IMG/VR virus record: IMGVR_UViG_3300037245_003208 | DNA length: 64,000 nucleotides | Source: an uncultured virus (IMG/VR IMGVR_UViG_3300037245_003208) | Lineage: Duplodnaviria > Heunggongvirae > Uroviricota > Caudoviricetes | Reading direction: 5' to 3' (one strand) | Part shown: piece after piece, positions 10,242 to 19,936 of the stretch | Layout of the letters: the number at the start of each line of letters is the position of its first letter | How positions within the stretch are numbered: the first letter of the stretch is position 1 | Position numbers and translations under genes: made by a program | The notes under the pieces: model-generated | Told to the model about the DNA's origin: nothing | Database searches by the model: none | What the model saw: only the letters and a program-made list of their open reading frames with translations

Positions 10242-13200
10242 TAAAATACTCCTTGAAGGTTTCTTCTAAAATTACGTTTATTTGTTGCTGCAGCTTCAAG
10301 CACCACATCCAATATTCTGTTATTCTCACTGTCAAATTTTGTGTTAATTTGGCTTCTGGTAATTGGAGTTCCTGTCTTATTAATAATATTCACAGAAACT
10401 TCCCCTGGCGCACCACCTACAGGAGCCAGAGCTTTCATTTGTTCCTGAGTAAAAATACCTTCTCCCTTTTTAGCAATGATGGGAACTTCTTCTGCAGTAA
10501 TTCCACCTGTATGAAATCTTGGAGCATTGTCAAAAATGGAAGGGTCAATTGTTCTTGAAAAAGTAGGTCTGCCACCAACAACCATTCCACTATGCCCTCC
10601 ACCAGTTACCATTCCTCCACCTGTAATAGACGTGAACCACTCAGCCTTTTTCAAAGCATTTAAAATAGCAGTTTGAACAATTACACGACCTAACCATTCT
10701 ATTGTGGAGATCGCAAAATCTTTCATAGCCTCTTCTGCTGTTTTCGCACCTTTTGCAATATCAGCTAAACCAGATGTGATTCCAGTGGCAATAACATCTG
10801 GAGTCTGTTTTTGTATTTTGTCCCAGGCACTTCGTAAATGTTCAACTTCTTTAGTAGCATTTCTCATGCCCTGTGTAGTATTATCCACAGCCTTTTCAGC
10901 TTTCTTAACTTTCAATGAGGCTGTTTCAAAAGCATGTGCAAATGCTTCAGGAAATGCTAACCAAAGTGCCTCTGTTTCTTTCAATGCTTCTTTTTCAATT
11001 TTTAAACGGTGTACTGCGGCATCACGTTTAATTTTAGCAGAATCTAAAATCGCCTGATGCTCATAACCCATTTCAGATGCTAATCTCTCTTTAACTTGAA
11101 GCAGCTTCATGTCTTCCCAGGCACTGACAGATTCTGCCCCTTTTGCAGCAATATCTTTTACCGCAGTAAGTTCTGCTTTTGCATTTTTTATCTTAGTTTT
11201 TAGAGTGGCTTTCTCAGTTTTAGCTTGGGTTTTTAAATTATCTTTAAATACTTTCAGTGCGTTTTTAGCTACATCAGTGTCGTGCTTCAAAGCAAGTAAT
11301 TTTCTTTTATTCTGAAACTCCACAAATTTTGCTGACTTAGTTTTTTCATTTCCTTCTTCTAATTTAGCATATTTCTCAGCCAGTGCTTTGTATTCTTTAT
11401 CTTTATTAGTGTATATTTTATCAGCAAGTTCTTTATCTATTGCTAATTCTTTGTTAGCCCTGTTCTCACTATCAGTAATTTGTGCTTTTTTAAGAAGAGC
11501 TTCTTTTTTATGCACTTCTTCAGTAAGAGCCAATTTAGCATTCAACAACTTTAATTCTGATTTAAAAGCAGCTTCTCTTACCTTCTTCTCAGCACCTAAA
11601 TTTTTACTGGTCTTTGCTTTTTCTGCATAAGCAATATCACGAGCATATTGTTTGTACATTGGAATAGCTTTTGTAGCAATGTAAACAATAGCTTCTTTGG
11701 TCAATCCAAGCTCTCTTAATTTCTCCCCATTAGCATCTTTAATGGCGCGTAGAGTCAATCCCTGCGCTCTCTGGGAATCGTAATTTGCTTTTATATATAA
11801 TTGGTACGTCTTGGCTAAGTTATCCAACGTTTTTGTTTCATTTTTAAATTGTTTTGCTGGAGATGTTTCAGCAGCCCCTACTTCACCTAATGCTTTCTGT
11901 TCCGCAACATAGCGAGCACGGGTACTTTCTAACACTTTTAAATTCTCTACATAAGCTTTATGATATCTTTTAATGTTCTCTACAGCAAGATTTGCTGCTT
12001 TTGCTGCTGCTGTTATTTCTGTGGTTTTTAAAAGTTCATGCACAGCTTCAAAATCATTCCCAAATTCATTTAATTTGTCTTGCAATTCTGGATATTCCAC
12101 ACCTAATCGCTCTATTGCTGCTCTGTAAGCTGTAACATGGCGACCACCTTCAGCATATTTAGTTTCTAATTTTTTTAAATTTGCACTGTGTATTTGCAAA
12201 GCACTGGCAGTGGCTAACTGAGTTTCAATTTCTTTTTCAGTAGTTTCAGCTAAACGCTGCTCTGCGGTAGTAAGGGCAACTACTGCAACACCTAATGCAG
12301 CAATGGCACTGACAGCAGCAGTTACTGGCCCCACAAAAGCCATAATTCCCGCAAGCAATGGCCCTAATGCTGCTGCTGCAACGCCTCCTGCAATGCCCAA
12401 TCCATAAATTGCAGCAGTAACCAAGCCAATGGTGGTTACAGTTCCTCCAATATCAGAATTAACAAAATCAATCATTAGAGCTAATAAAAGTCTTCCAGCA
12501 TCAATAACAGCTCCCATAGCCCCAGCAACCCCTCGCTTTCCTACTGCCACTGACAAAACACCTGCCCTGTCTTTTAATTGCTTCCATCTAACAGCCAATC
12601 CTTCTTGCTGCTTTGCTGACATTTCTGCAGAAGTTCCAACTTCATAAACTCTTTCAATTGCTTCTTCAAATGCTCCTGTATTTATTGATTTGATTAATAT
12701 GGAGATTGCTTGAGCTCCCCGCAATCCAAATAGTTGATATGCTTTAGCCATATCAACTAATCCTGTTTCATTATCTATTAAAACGGGTGCTAAATTTTCT
12801 AAAGCTTTTTCCAGACCGTGAGTTTTTGGTGTTATCTGATCTAAGGCAATTCCATATTCATCAAATGCTGCACGTAATTTGCTGCTGGGAGCAACTAAAC
12901 GAGCAAGCACCTGTCTTAGCCCTGTTCCAACAGAACTGGCTCTCATTCCATTGTTAAACAGGGTCATCATTCCTGCGGATACTTCTTCAATACTTACATT
13001 TGCCTGGGATGCTGCAGAAGCCACATAGTTAAATGCAGTTCTAAATTTATCAATAGTTGCTTTTGATTTGTTAACAGCATTTGCAAATATGTCAGCCACT
13101 CTTCCTGATTCAACTGCCTCCAATCCAAAAGCACGTATGGATGTTGTCATTAAGTCAGTAGTGCTTAACATGGTTGACAATGTACCAGTAGCCAAGGTAG

Positions 13201-13720
13201 TAACAGCGTCAAGAGAAGCAATTGATTCTCCAGCAGAGAAACCAGACTGAGTTAATAAAACCATTCCTTCTGCAAGCTCTGTGGTGGAGAATTTGGTGAT
13301 TGTGGCAACATACTCCATCTTGTCACCCATCAGTTCCAACTGAGCATTTGATGCTCCTGAAATGGCTTGCAGGTTCTTTAATCCTTGATCATATTCCATG
13401 ATGACACTCAGGCCGTTAGTCATGGCCTGAGTGAGTCCACGAATGATAAGAGCCGCCCCACCGTAAGAGGCTACGGTTTTCATGGACTTTAACAAAGAGT
13501 TCATGGCTTTGGAATATTTATTAACTGTGACTGTTCCCTTTTTTTGCTCCTTTTCCACTTTTTTGGTATTGTCAGCAACACTTTTAGAGGCTTTTTCCAG
13601 ATTTTTCATATCTTTGACAAGCCCATTAACAGTGCTGCGGAGCTTTTGCATTTCTTTAGCAAAGCTTTCGTGGACTTTTGCAGTAAATAAGGTTCCCAAT
13701 GTTAATTGCTTGTCAGTCAT
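10241..13720 (-). CDS. Tail tape measure protein (TP901 family)
   Basis: 1159 aa. TP901 core (TKFSTTELAEGM, ADIFANAVNKS, VGTGLRQVL), hydrophobic Gly/Ala stretch, coiled coils and C-terminal PRFHTGG..EVPIIAKKGEGI. Confidence 0.95.
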   Translation of the reverse strand: MTDKQLTLGTLFTAKVHESFAKEMQKLRSTVNGLVKDMKNLEKASKSVADNTKKVEKEQKKGTVTVNKYSKAMNSLLKSMKTVASYGGAALIIRGLTQAMTNGLSVIMEYDQGLKNLQAISGASNAQLELMGDKMEYVATITKFSTTELAEGMVLLTQSGFSAGESIASLDAVTTLATGTLSTMLSTTDLMTTSIRAFGLEAVESGRVADIFANAVNKSKATIDKFRTAFNYVASAASQANVSIEEVSAGMMTLFNNGMRASSVGTGLRQVLARLVAPSSKLRAAFDEYGIALDQITPKTHGLEKALENLAPVLIDNETGLVDMAKAYQLFGLRGAQAISILIKSINTGAFEEAIERVYEVGTSAEMSAKQQEGLAVRWKQLKDRAGVLSVAVGKRGVAGAMGAVIDAGRLLLALMIDFVNSDIGGTVTTIGLVTAAIYGLGIAGGVAAAALGPLLAGIMAFVGPVTAAVSAIAALGVAVVALTTAEQRLAETTEKEIETQLATASALQIHSANLKKLETKYAEGGRHVTAYRAAIERLGVEYPELQDKLNEFGNDFEAVHELLKTTEITAAAKAANLAVENIKRYHKAYVENLKVLESTRARYVAEQKALGEVGAAETSPAKQFKNETKTLDNLAKTYQLYIKANYDSQRAQGLTLRAIKDANGEKLRELGLTKEAIVYIATKAIPMYKQYARDIAYAEKAKTSKNLGAEKKVREAAFKSELKLLNAKLALTEEVHKKEALLKKAQITDSENRANKELAIDKELADKIYTNKDKEYKALAEKYAKLEEGNEKTKSAKFVEFQNKRKLLALKHDTDVAKNALKVFKDNLKTQAKTEKATLKTKIKNAKAELTAVKDIAAKGAESVSAWEDMKLLQVKERLASEMGYEHQAILDSAKIKRDAAVHRLKIEKEALKETEALWLAFPEAFAHAFETASLKVKKAEKAVDNTTQGMRNATKEVEHLRSAWDKIQKQTPDVIATGITSGLADIAKGAKTAEEAMKDFAISTIEWLGRVIVQTAILNALKKAEWFTSITGGGMVTGGGHSGMVVGGRPTFSRTIDPSIFDNAPRFHTGGITAEEVPIIAKKGEGIFTQEQMKALAPVGGAPGEVSVNIINKTGTPITRSQINTKFDSENNRILDVVLEAAATNKRNFRRNLQGVF

Positions 13721-13722
13721 GA

Positions 13723-14043
13723 TTAATCCTGTAATACTTTAAATGAAATTTGACCGTAATTAATACCATTGTCATTAGCCGCATCAAACACAATTAGATA
13801 AGGTTTATGTGTTCCTACTGGGAAAGTTGCTAATTCCCCAACTTTAATATAAACTTCCCCGTCAACTCCAGTATCCCAATCAAATGCTTCTGCATCTTCA
13901 GAGCTGTCAGCAAGAATAATACTGTTAACAACTAATTGCATTTTAGTAACATAGTCCAAAGCCACAAAAACTCCTTTGAACGATAATTTTTTGGGAATTA
14001 TGTTTTCTCTTCCTTTGTATATAGTAACTGCACTCTTTCCCAT
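13723..14043 (-). CDS. Small beta-rich virion-module protein
   Basis: 106-aa ORF with a GAGG RBS, within the tail operon. Confidence 0.55.
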   Translation of the reverse strand: MGKSAVTIYKGRENIIPKKLSFKGVFVALDYVTKMQLVVNSIILADSSEDAEAFDWDTGVDGEVYIKVGELATFPVGTHKPYLIVFDAANDNGINYGQISFKVLQD

Positions 14044-14054
14044 TTAGAACCTCA

Positions 14055-14477
14055 CTATGCGCCCTGTAAAGTAATGCCAATGCCATTAATGATCAAAGGA
14101 GCACCATCAACAGAAGTAAGTTCTGAAGCTGGTTCAATCCATTTGACAATTGGGTCATCTGTTTCACTCTCCATAAAAATAATGGCTCCAGCAGTAGGCC
14201 CAATTGGGCCACCACTCGCTGTCCATGTAGCATCATCAAAAACTAAAGTTGCACGATTATTCGTGTCATCCTCAGTTAGAACTGGATTTGCAAGTTCTTT
14301 CGTATTCTGGGTGTAGCCATTTCCTGTTGCCAATTCATTCGCACTGACATCCGCATAATTGTGATGAGCATCAGGGTCAAAAGTAAACCCAGTATTCATT
14401 AAAATAATTTTATAGGTAACTCCATCAATGTAATCTAACAATTTGTGAAAAAATCTGTTTGCGTAGGCTGAAGCCAT
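14055..14477 (-). CDS. Putative virion structural protein
   Basis: YKIILMN..FDPD..YADVSANE..GNGYT..DDATWTASGG motif, common in phage tail regions; AGGAG RBS. Confidence 0.65.
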   Translation of the reverse strand: MASAYANRFFHKLLDYIDGVTYKIILMNTGFTFDPDAHHNYADVSANELATGNGYTQNTKELANPVLTEDDTNNRATLVFDDATWTASGGPIGPTAGAIIFMESETDDPIVKWIEPASELTSVDGAPLIINGIGITLQGA

Positions 14478-14491
14478 TTTTAATCTCCTTA

Positions 14492-15874
14492 TTATTGAAT
14501 TTCATAACCTCTTACATCATTAATTTTATATTCTTCAACATCCTGAATTAAAGGATTCACAATGATTCTTAAAATTCCCATGTATTCAGACGATGCAACC
14601 GTGATGATTTTTACAGTGTCCTCAAAACCTGACGAACTTCCCATTGTTTCAGAACTTGCTAAAATAAGTTGCTGAATGTCGTCAGTGAGTATAAATGCTG
14701 TCAATAATTCCTCAGTGCTCAATAATTCCAGAATGTGAGCATTGTCTGTAAACACTTCGCCTTTAATCACACTCTCTGAGCTGATTAGGCGCATCGCAAC
14801 AACATCATCTGTGAGAATTGCCCCATATACAAAAGATTCTGTACTTACGGCATTGATTAAGGTAATATCATCATTAAGTACCTCACCAACAATAATGGAT
14901 TCTTCACTACTTACGGAAAGTGCGTTAATGTCATCAGTTAATGTAACTCCCTGTGTGAAAGTTTCTGAACTATGGACATAAATGTCATTTATATCATCTG
15001 ATAGCACTTCTCCAACAATCATTAACTCTGACCCACGTAAAGTAGCAACTGTTACATCGTCCTCCAGGGAAACTACATTTGTGGGAAGAAAATAAACTAC
15101 CTGCGGAACACGAGCAAGCAGTCCATAAGGATTGTCATCAATTAACGCTACCTGTTCTGATTTTAAATTTTGACTGAATCTATAGGTACAATCAATTCTC
15201 CCATAAAATTGGGAATTCAAAACATCCCCAGGAGCGCACCCTATTCCAAGTATGTCTCCTGCAGTACTGGCCCCTGCTGTCCCCGCTGCTCGCGAAGCGT
15301 AGTCCATTTCTTCGCCATTTAAATATAAACTTGGAAGTATGCCACCACCCCTGTAATTATACGAAACAGCAAATTCTGAGGCATCTTGCAATAGATCAGC
15401 GTTGGACTGAGCGTCACAATCAGTTCCATAAGTAGACTCTGTGAATTTTAACGCTCCAGTATTTAAAACAGTGAAATATTTATTGGCTTGCCGTGCCAAA
15501 TTCTGCACAGCATCGCTATCAAAATTTTCAACGTTCTGAAGAAACCCTTTTACAAAATGGTACTCTCCGCTTGAATTAATTAATTCAGGAGTTGCCAAAG
15601 TCTGAACTTGTAAATTATCCAGTCCATCATAAGACAATCCTTTCCCGCCCCACAATGTATGTGCAGTTTCCGTGCGAAGTAAATTAATGGAAAATGACCC
15701 ATAATCATGAATTACAGAACCCGCACGTTCCCAAAAAGGAAAAACAAACAAAATATTGGAGCTGTTAATTCCATATAAAGATTCGCAATTCTCAGCAACA
15801 GCCCGCTTAACTGCAGAAAGTCCACCCCATTGACTGGGCTTCTGTTTCCATAATTTTCTAAGAAAGCGACTCAC
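14492..15874 (-). CDS. LamG-like domain plus ~22-aa repeat virion protein
   Basis: N-terminal LamG-like features (FPFWERAG, LYLNG, FYGRID); C-terminal repeats of the type LxDD(I/V)....SSEE. GTG start. Confidence 0.6.
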   Translation of the reverse strand: MSRFLRKLWKQKPSQWGGLSAVKRAVAENCESLYGINSSNILFVFPFWERAGSVIHDYGSFSINLLRTETAHTLWGGKGLSYDGLDNLQVQTLATPELINSSGEYHFVKGFLQNVENFDSDAVQNLARQANKYFTVLNTGALKFTESTYGTDCDAQSNADLLQDASEFAVSYNYRGGGILPSLYLNGEEMDYASRAAGTAGASTAGDILGIGCAPGDVLNSQFYGRIDCTYRFSQNLKSEQVALIDDNPYGLLARVPQVVYFLPTNVVSLEDDVTVATLRGSELMIVGEVLSDDINDIYVHSSETFTQGVTLTDDINALSVSSEESIIVGEVLNDDITLINAVSTESFVYGAILTDDVVAMRLISSESVIKGEVFTDNAHILELLSTEELLTAFILTDDIQQLILASSETMGSSSGFEDTVKIITVASSEYMGILRIIVNPLIQDVEEYKINDVRGYEIQ

Positions 15875-16255
15875 TTAATTAATCTCCGTTTGCTGGGGAA
15901 CTCCAATTAATGAAGCTGTGAAACCATAATCAATAGCTTTTAATTTAAATTTTGAAAATTTCGATAATGGTACTACTCCTAAATGATACGTCCCTGCTGA
16001 AGCTGGAATTGGGATTCTTGACACATATTCATCCTGTCCATAGATTATATCATCCATGCTTTTATTTTCCCATAATTCACACTTAGCTGCAGAGGATGGT
16101 TGTGAACTGACAACCACAAACATGTCAATATATGCATGCCCATTTGCATCATTGTCATTTACAATGCTTGCCCCTGCTGAAAAAGAATCTGCAGATATTG
16201 CATCTGATTCCTGGTATTCTATTGCAGCATCGTATGTTATCTTAACATCAGCCAT
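15875..16255 (-). CDS. Small virion-module protein, paralog of the N-terminus of 17220..19085
   Basis: 126 aa; shares ISADSFSAGASIVNDNDANG, CELWEN and LSKFSK.KLKAI..GFTASL.GVPQ with the 621-aa protein. Confidence 0.7.
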   Translation of the reverse strand: MADVKITYDAAIEYQESDAISADSFSAGASIVNDNDANGHAYIDMFVVVSSQPSSAAKCELWENKSMDDIIYGQDEYVSRIPIPASAGTYHLGVVPLSKFSKFKLKAIDYGFTASLIGVPQQTEIN

Positions 16256-16289
16256 TTAAAACCCCTCACTAATTAAACAATTGCTTTTA

Positions 16290-17219
16290 TTATGATAATG
16301 TTGTTTGCCAATTGGTTCCATTCATTAAAGAATGATACCCCTCATTTCCTGATGTGGACACTGCAGTTACAACATATGTGTACGTGCCAAGAGACAAGCC
16401 CTCATGCGTGTAAGAAGTTGTTTCAGAAGTATCTACCAATGTTAAAACTCCTGTACTTGTATTATAACTGTATATATTGTAATAATCTAAAACAACATTA
16501 TTAGCAGACCTGTCCTCCCATTCAATCAATACAGAAGTTGAACTTGCTTCTGAAGTCATGATATCTTCTGGCATGTTTGGATATTCTAAATTTGCTGCAA
16601 TGGTTTCATTATATGCTGTTAATTTCCAATCACACGTAAAATACTCAGGTTGATCTTCATCCCCAATATCTCTACCAGCCATGTCCCCATTTGAATGGTA
16701 ATGAATATTCCATTGCTTGCTTTCCAAATCTGATTCATCATAACTATTCCACACATTAATAAAATTAACAGCACTTTCAGTTCCAACATCTTCTCGTGAT
16801 ATTAATATAACCGCGGCTCCAGTTATAACTGTTATTGGGGTATCGAAAGTAAAATCGTTAAAACCAGATATTATATCTGAACCATTAATATTTATATACG
16901 CAAGTTCAGACACTAATTTTAAATTATCAGTTAAATCAACAGACCACACAGATACACGATATGTGAGAGCGCTCAAATCCCCATTAGGTGTTAAACGGAC
17001 ACTTCCACCACACACTTTCCTTGTTTCACCTGTCCAATACATTCCTCTATATGAATTTCTATTGCCGCCATTTCCAACATTAGCTTCACCATCCCCAACT
17101 GGGGACACGTATTGATCTTCCACTCAGGAAGGTGGGGGTGGTGAAGTAGCAATCCAAGGATTGCCTGCAGCCCCAACCCTAACAGGCGAACCAGAGGAAT
17201 TTATAACCATGTTACCCAT
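16290..17219 (-). CDS. FN3-containing virion protein with an in-frame TGA at 17124-17126 (track ORF 16290..17123)
   Basis: GGAGG-CGTAA-ATG at 17219 opens 31 codons, then TGA, then the in-frame 277-aa track ORF, which ends in an FN3 domain (YTYVVTAVSTSGNEG). Confidence 0.65.
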
Positions 17220-19085
17220 TTACGCCTCCGTAGTTGTTGAAAAGATGGATACTGTATCAATCCTACCATAATAACTTGTAGCTCCTGCCGCAGAACCAGC
17301 CGTAAATCTAAAATTAGTTCCTTCTGTGGCTCCTGAAAATGTTATTGCCGCAGTTTGGACAGTTCCGCCATTTATTCTAAGTGTTACTTCATTTGCAACA
17401 TCACTCCACGTAAATTCAATTAAATGCCAGGTATCTTGGGTTAATAAATCAGTAGATACAGCAGCATCAAAATAAGCACTTCCATCAGTAGTCCTGAACC
17501 TTAATCTGTCATCAGCTTCATGCAATAAACAAAATGCGTGGTAATCTGCTGCATCTGAGAACAAGTATCTGTATTGACGGGATGTTTGTGATTGTTCTGG
17601 GTAAAGATAAAAACTAATTTTTCCAACCCCATAATCAATATTTCCACTTGTCTGTATGTCAAAATAATCATCAGCCCCGTCATTTAGCAGAGCCCCATCA
17701 GCACCTGAATCATGATCTTCTGCATGAGTCATTCCAGTAATTGATACTGTACCAGAACCAGTAGATAACGGATCACCATCATCTTCTGACCCTGCGATAA
17801 ATGCTGTTAATGTTGAAGAGCTTTCTTGGGTGGAATTATTTACAACAGAGGAGCCTGAAAAGGATTCAACATCAACTCCACCAGTTGTGGCTTCCCATCC
17901 ATCAGTAGGCTGTGTGTACCCAATTGTTGGAGTATCACCACTATTAATAGTGGAGGCCAGAGTAAATACTATTGTATCAGTACCATCACCACTTGAATAT
18001 GTCATAACATCAGTAGGTGTTGATAACGTAAATCCAGCACTTCCTCCTGAACCTGCTTCTACATTTTCTGAAAATACAAGAGTTATTGTGTCTCCTGAAG
18101 TTGGAATGGTTGCACTTACTAAAGTAGGTGCAGCAGATGGGTCTGCAGTGTATTCTCCTGTGCTCACATTAAATAAACCCTCTGCGGATTTGTAAAATGT
18201 GTGCCCTGATGTGAGGGCGCAATGCCAACCTACAGAACTTGCTGATGTTGGGTCAGCGGCTTGTATTGTTGGTGGTGCTCCGTCTGCCTGGTCAACCCAG
18301 GTATACCCCCCAGTAGCTTCGTCATATGATTGAACTTGATTATCCGCTGGAGAATTTGTAGAATTCATTTTTATGGCTGAAATGGAGTTGTCAGCAATAG
18401 TTCCAGCAGAAGGAACGGCCCAATCAAAATCGTCATTGTCAGCATTGTAAGTTAGAACGACCCCATCAACTGTTGGCAATGTATCATACGATAGAAAATA
18501 CTTCACAGCAACATCAAAATATGCAAATTGTTTTCCAGATAACCCTGTTATACCAGACAAATATCTTAACTGCCCATCTATTGTTGGGATTGATGTTCCA
18601 CTTACAAAATCTAACGGGCCTGAGTTAACATTTCCTTCAAAAGTGTTTTCACCAGTAAAAACATTATCTCCCGCCTTTGTCACATCACCTTCAAGTGCAT
18701 CACCAACAATCTCAGGTAATTGGGGGACGCCCATTAATGAAGCTGTAAAACCAAAACCAATGGCCTTTAATTTATATTTTGAAAACTTTGAGAGTAGCAC
18801 AGAACCTAAATGAAAAAGTCCTACTGATGTTGGAATTTCAACACTTAAAGAAAATTCATCAGAACCGTAAACAGAATCATCAGTACTGTTATTTTCCCAT
18901 AATTCACATGAAGCAGCAGAAGGCGGAGCACCTGTGACGACAACATACATATCTATTGTGTCATAACCATTCGCATCATTGTCATTTACAATGCTTGCTC
19001 CTGCTGAAAAAGAATCTGCGGAGATTCCTGCACTTGCTTGATAAGTTACAGATGGTGCGTATTTTTGCTTTACTTCATTACTCAT
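17220..19085 (-). CDS. Modular fibre/adhesin-like protein (duplicated N-domain, SwmB-like repeat, LamG-like C-terminus)
   Basis: 621 aa. APTLVSATI..GDTITLVFSE..VVNNS is SwmB-like; DTWHLIEFTW..LRING..YYGRID is LamG-like. Confidence 0.7.
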   Translation of the reverse strand: MSNEVKQKYAPSVTYQASAGISADSFSAGASIVNDNDANGYDTIDMYVVVTGAPPSAASCELWENNSTDDSVYGSDEFSLSVEIPTSVGLFHLGSVLLSKFSKYKLKAIGFGFTASLMGVPQLPEIVGDALEGDVTKAGDNVFTGENTFEGNVNSGPLDFVSGTSIPTIDGQLRYLSGITGLSGKQFAYFDVAVKYFLSYDTLPTVDGVVLTYNADNDDFDWAVPSAGTIADNSISAIKMNSTNSPADNQVQSYDEATGGYTWVDQADGAPPTIQAADPTSASSVGWHCALTSGHTFYKSAEGLFNVSTGEYTADPSAAPTLVSATIPTSGDTITLVFSENVEAGSGGSAGFTLSTPTDVMTYSSGDGTDTIVFTLASTINSGDTPTIGYTQPTDGWEATTGGVDVESFSGSSVVNNSTQESSSTLTAFIAGSEDDGDPLSTGSGTVSITGMTHAEDHDSGADGALLNDGADDYFDIQTSGNIDYGVGKISFYLYPEQSQTSRQYRYLFSDAADYHAFCLLHEADDRLRFRTTDGSAYFDAAVSTDLLTQDTWHLIEFTWSDVANEVTLRINGGTVQTAAITFSGATEGTNFRFTAGSAAGATSYYGRIDTVSIFSTTTEA

Positions 19086-19147
19086 TTCTCGTTTTTCCTT
19101 ATATTTTATCAGATGAAATTAAACCATCTTTTAAACAAATTAAGTAG

Positions 19148-19483
19148 TCACTGCATGAGATTGGTGGGAGCTGGCGGTTTCACGATTATTGTTTTAATTT
19201 CGTTTGAACTATCAGATTGAAGTTCACATGCATTGGCTCGCACAACAAAAATGTAAACTTTACATGAATCCAATCCCGTTATGGTGCAATCCGTTTCTGA
19301 ACCTGTCCACGCAGCCGTATTATAATTAAAAAGTTGGCCCTCTTCTGCTTGGTATACAGAATAACTCTCAGGTGTGGGTTCATTTTCATCCCATGAAAGA
19401 TTTGCATCCATAGCCAAACTTACATCATTAAGAAGAAATAAAATAGCAATGGCACACAAAAATAATTTAATTAAAAATCTCAT
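19148..19483 (-). CDS. Signal-peptide-bearing single fibronectin type III protein
   Basis: MRFLIKLFLCAIAILFLLNDVSLA signal-like sequence, then LSWD..YSVY..TITGL..YIFVVRA..SDSSNE. Confidence 0.8.
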   Translation of the reverse strand: MRFLIKLFLCAIAILFLLNDVSLAMDANLSWDENEPTPESYSVYQAEEGQLFNYNTAAWTGSETDCTITGLDSCKVYIFVVRANACELQSDSSNEIKTIIVKPPAPTNLMQ

Positions 19484-19522
19484 AATATCTCCTTTTTGAA
19501 TTGCAGTAGTTAAAAATTTACA

Positions 19523-19936
19523 TCACTTCTTCACTTCTCCTGGAGCAAGACTTCCAACTCCTTCTTTCTGATCAATGCCCAATTTCACACCCCAGTGACC
19601 CATCATTTTCTGAGTCAACTCCTTACGTTCTTTATGAGTTAAATGCTTATAATCTTCTGGACTTCTAAAAGACATGTCATTTTTAACATCATCTTTTTCC
19701 AGAGTGTGACCATGGAGTGTTATTAAAAACTTACGTTCTGCTACTTTATCTTTCAAGTAATCCTCAAACATGCCAATTACTTGGCTTTTTGTATATCCCC
19801 CATTAGCATACGATGTCCTTAATATGACATTTGGTGCTATGGCATATTCTCTGCTAACGGTGGTGATGATTTCTCTGAGGGAATACTGTCTACCTTTCTT
19901 TGAAACTTTTTCAGTATTCCCTCGTTTAGCTTTTTT
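19523..19936 (-). CDS. Tail assembly chaperone frameshift extension (T part of G-T)
   Basis: The -1 frame from A_AAA_AAG (19936-19930) stays open into the track ORF 19523..19771 (MFEDY...). Confidence 0.85.
   Translation of the reverse strand, partial: KKAKRGNTEKVSKKGRQYSLREIITTVSREYAIAPNVILRTSYANGGYTKSQVIGMFEDYLKDKVAERKFLITLHGHTLEKDDVKNDMSFRSPEDYKHLTHKERKELTQKMMGHWGVKLGIDQKEGVGSLAPGEVKK

Noticed and set aside
15875..19085. Diversity-generating retroelement TR/VR pair
   Set aside because: Differences are not adenine-specific, both copies are coding N-terminal domains, and no reverse transcriptase is in the window.
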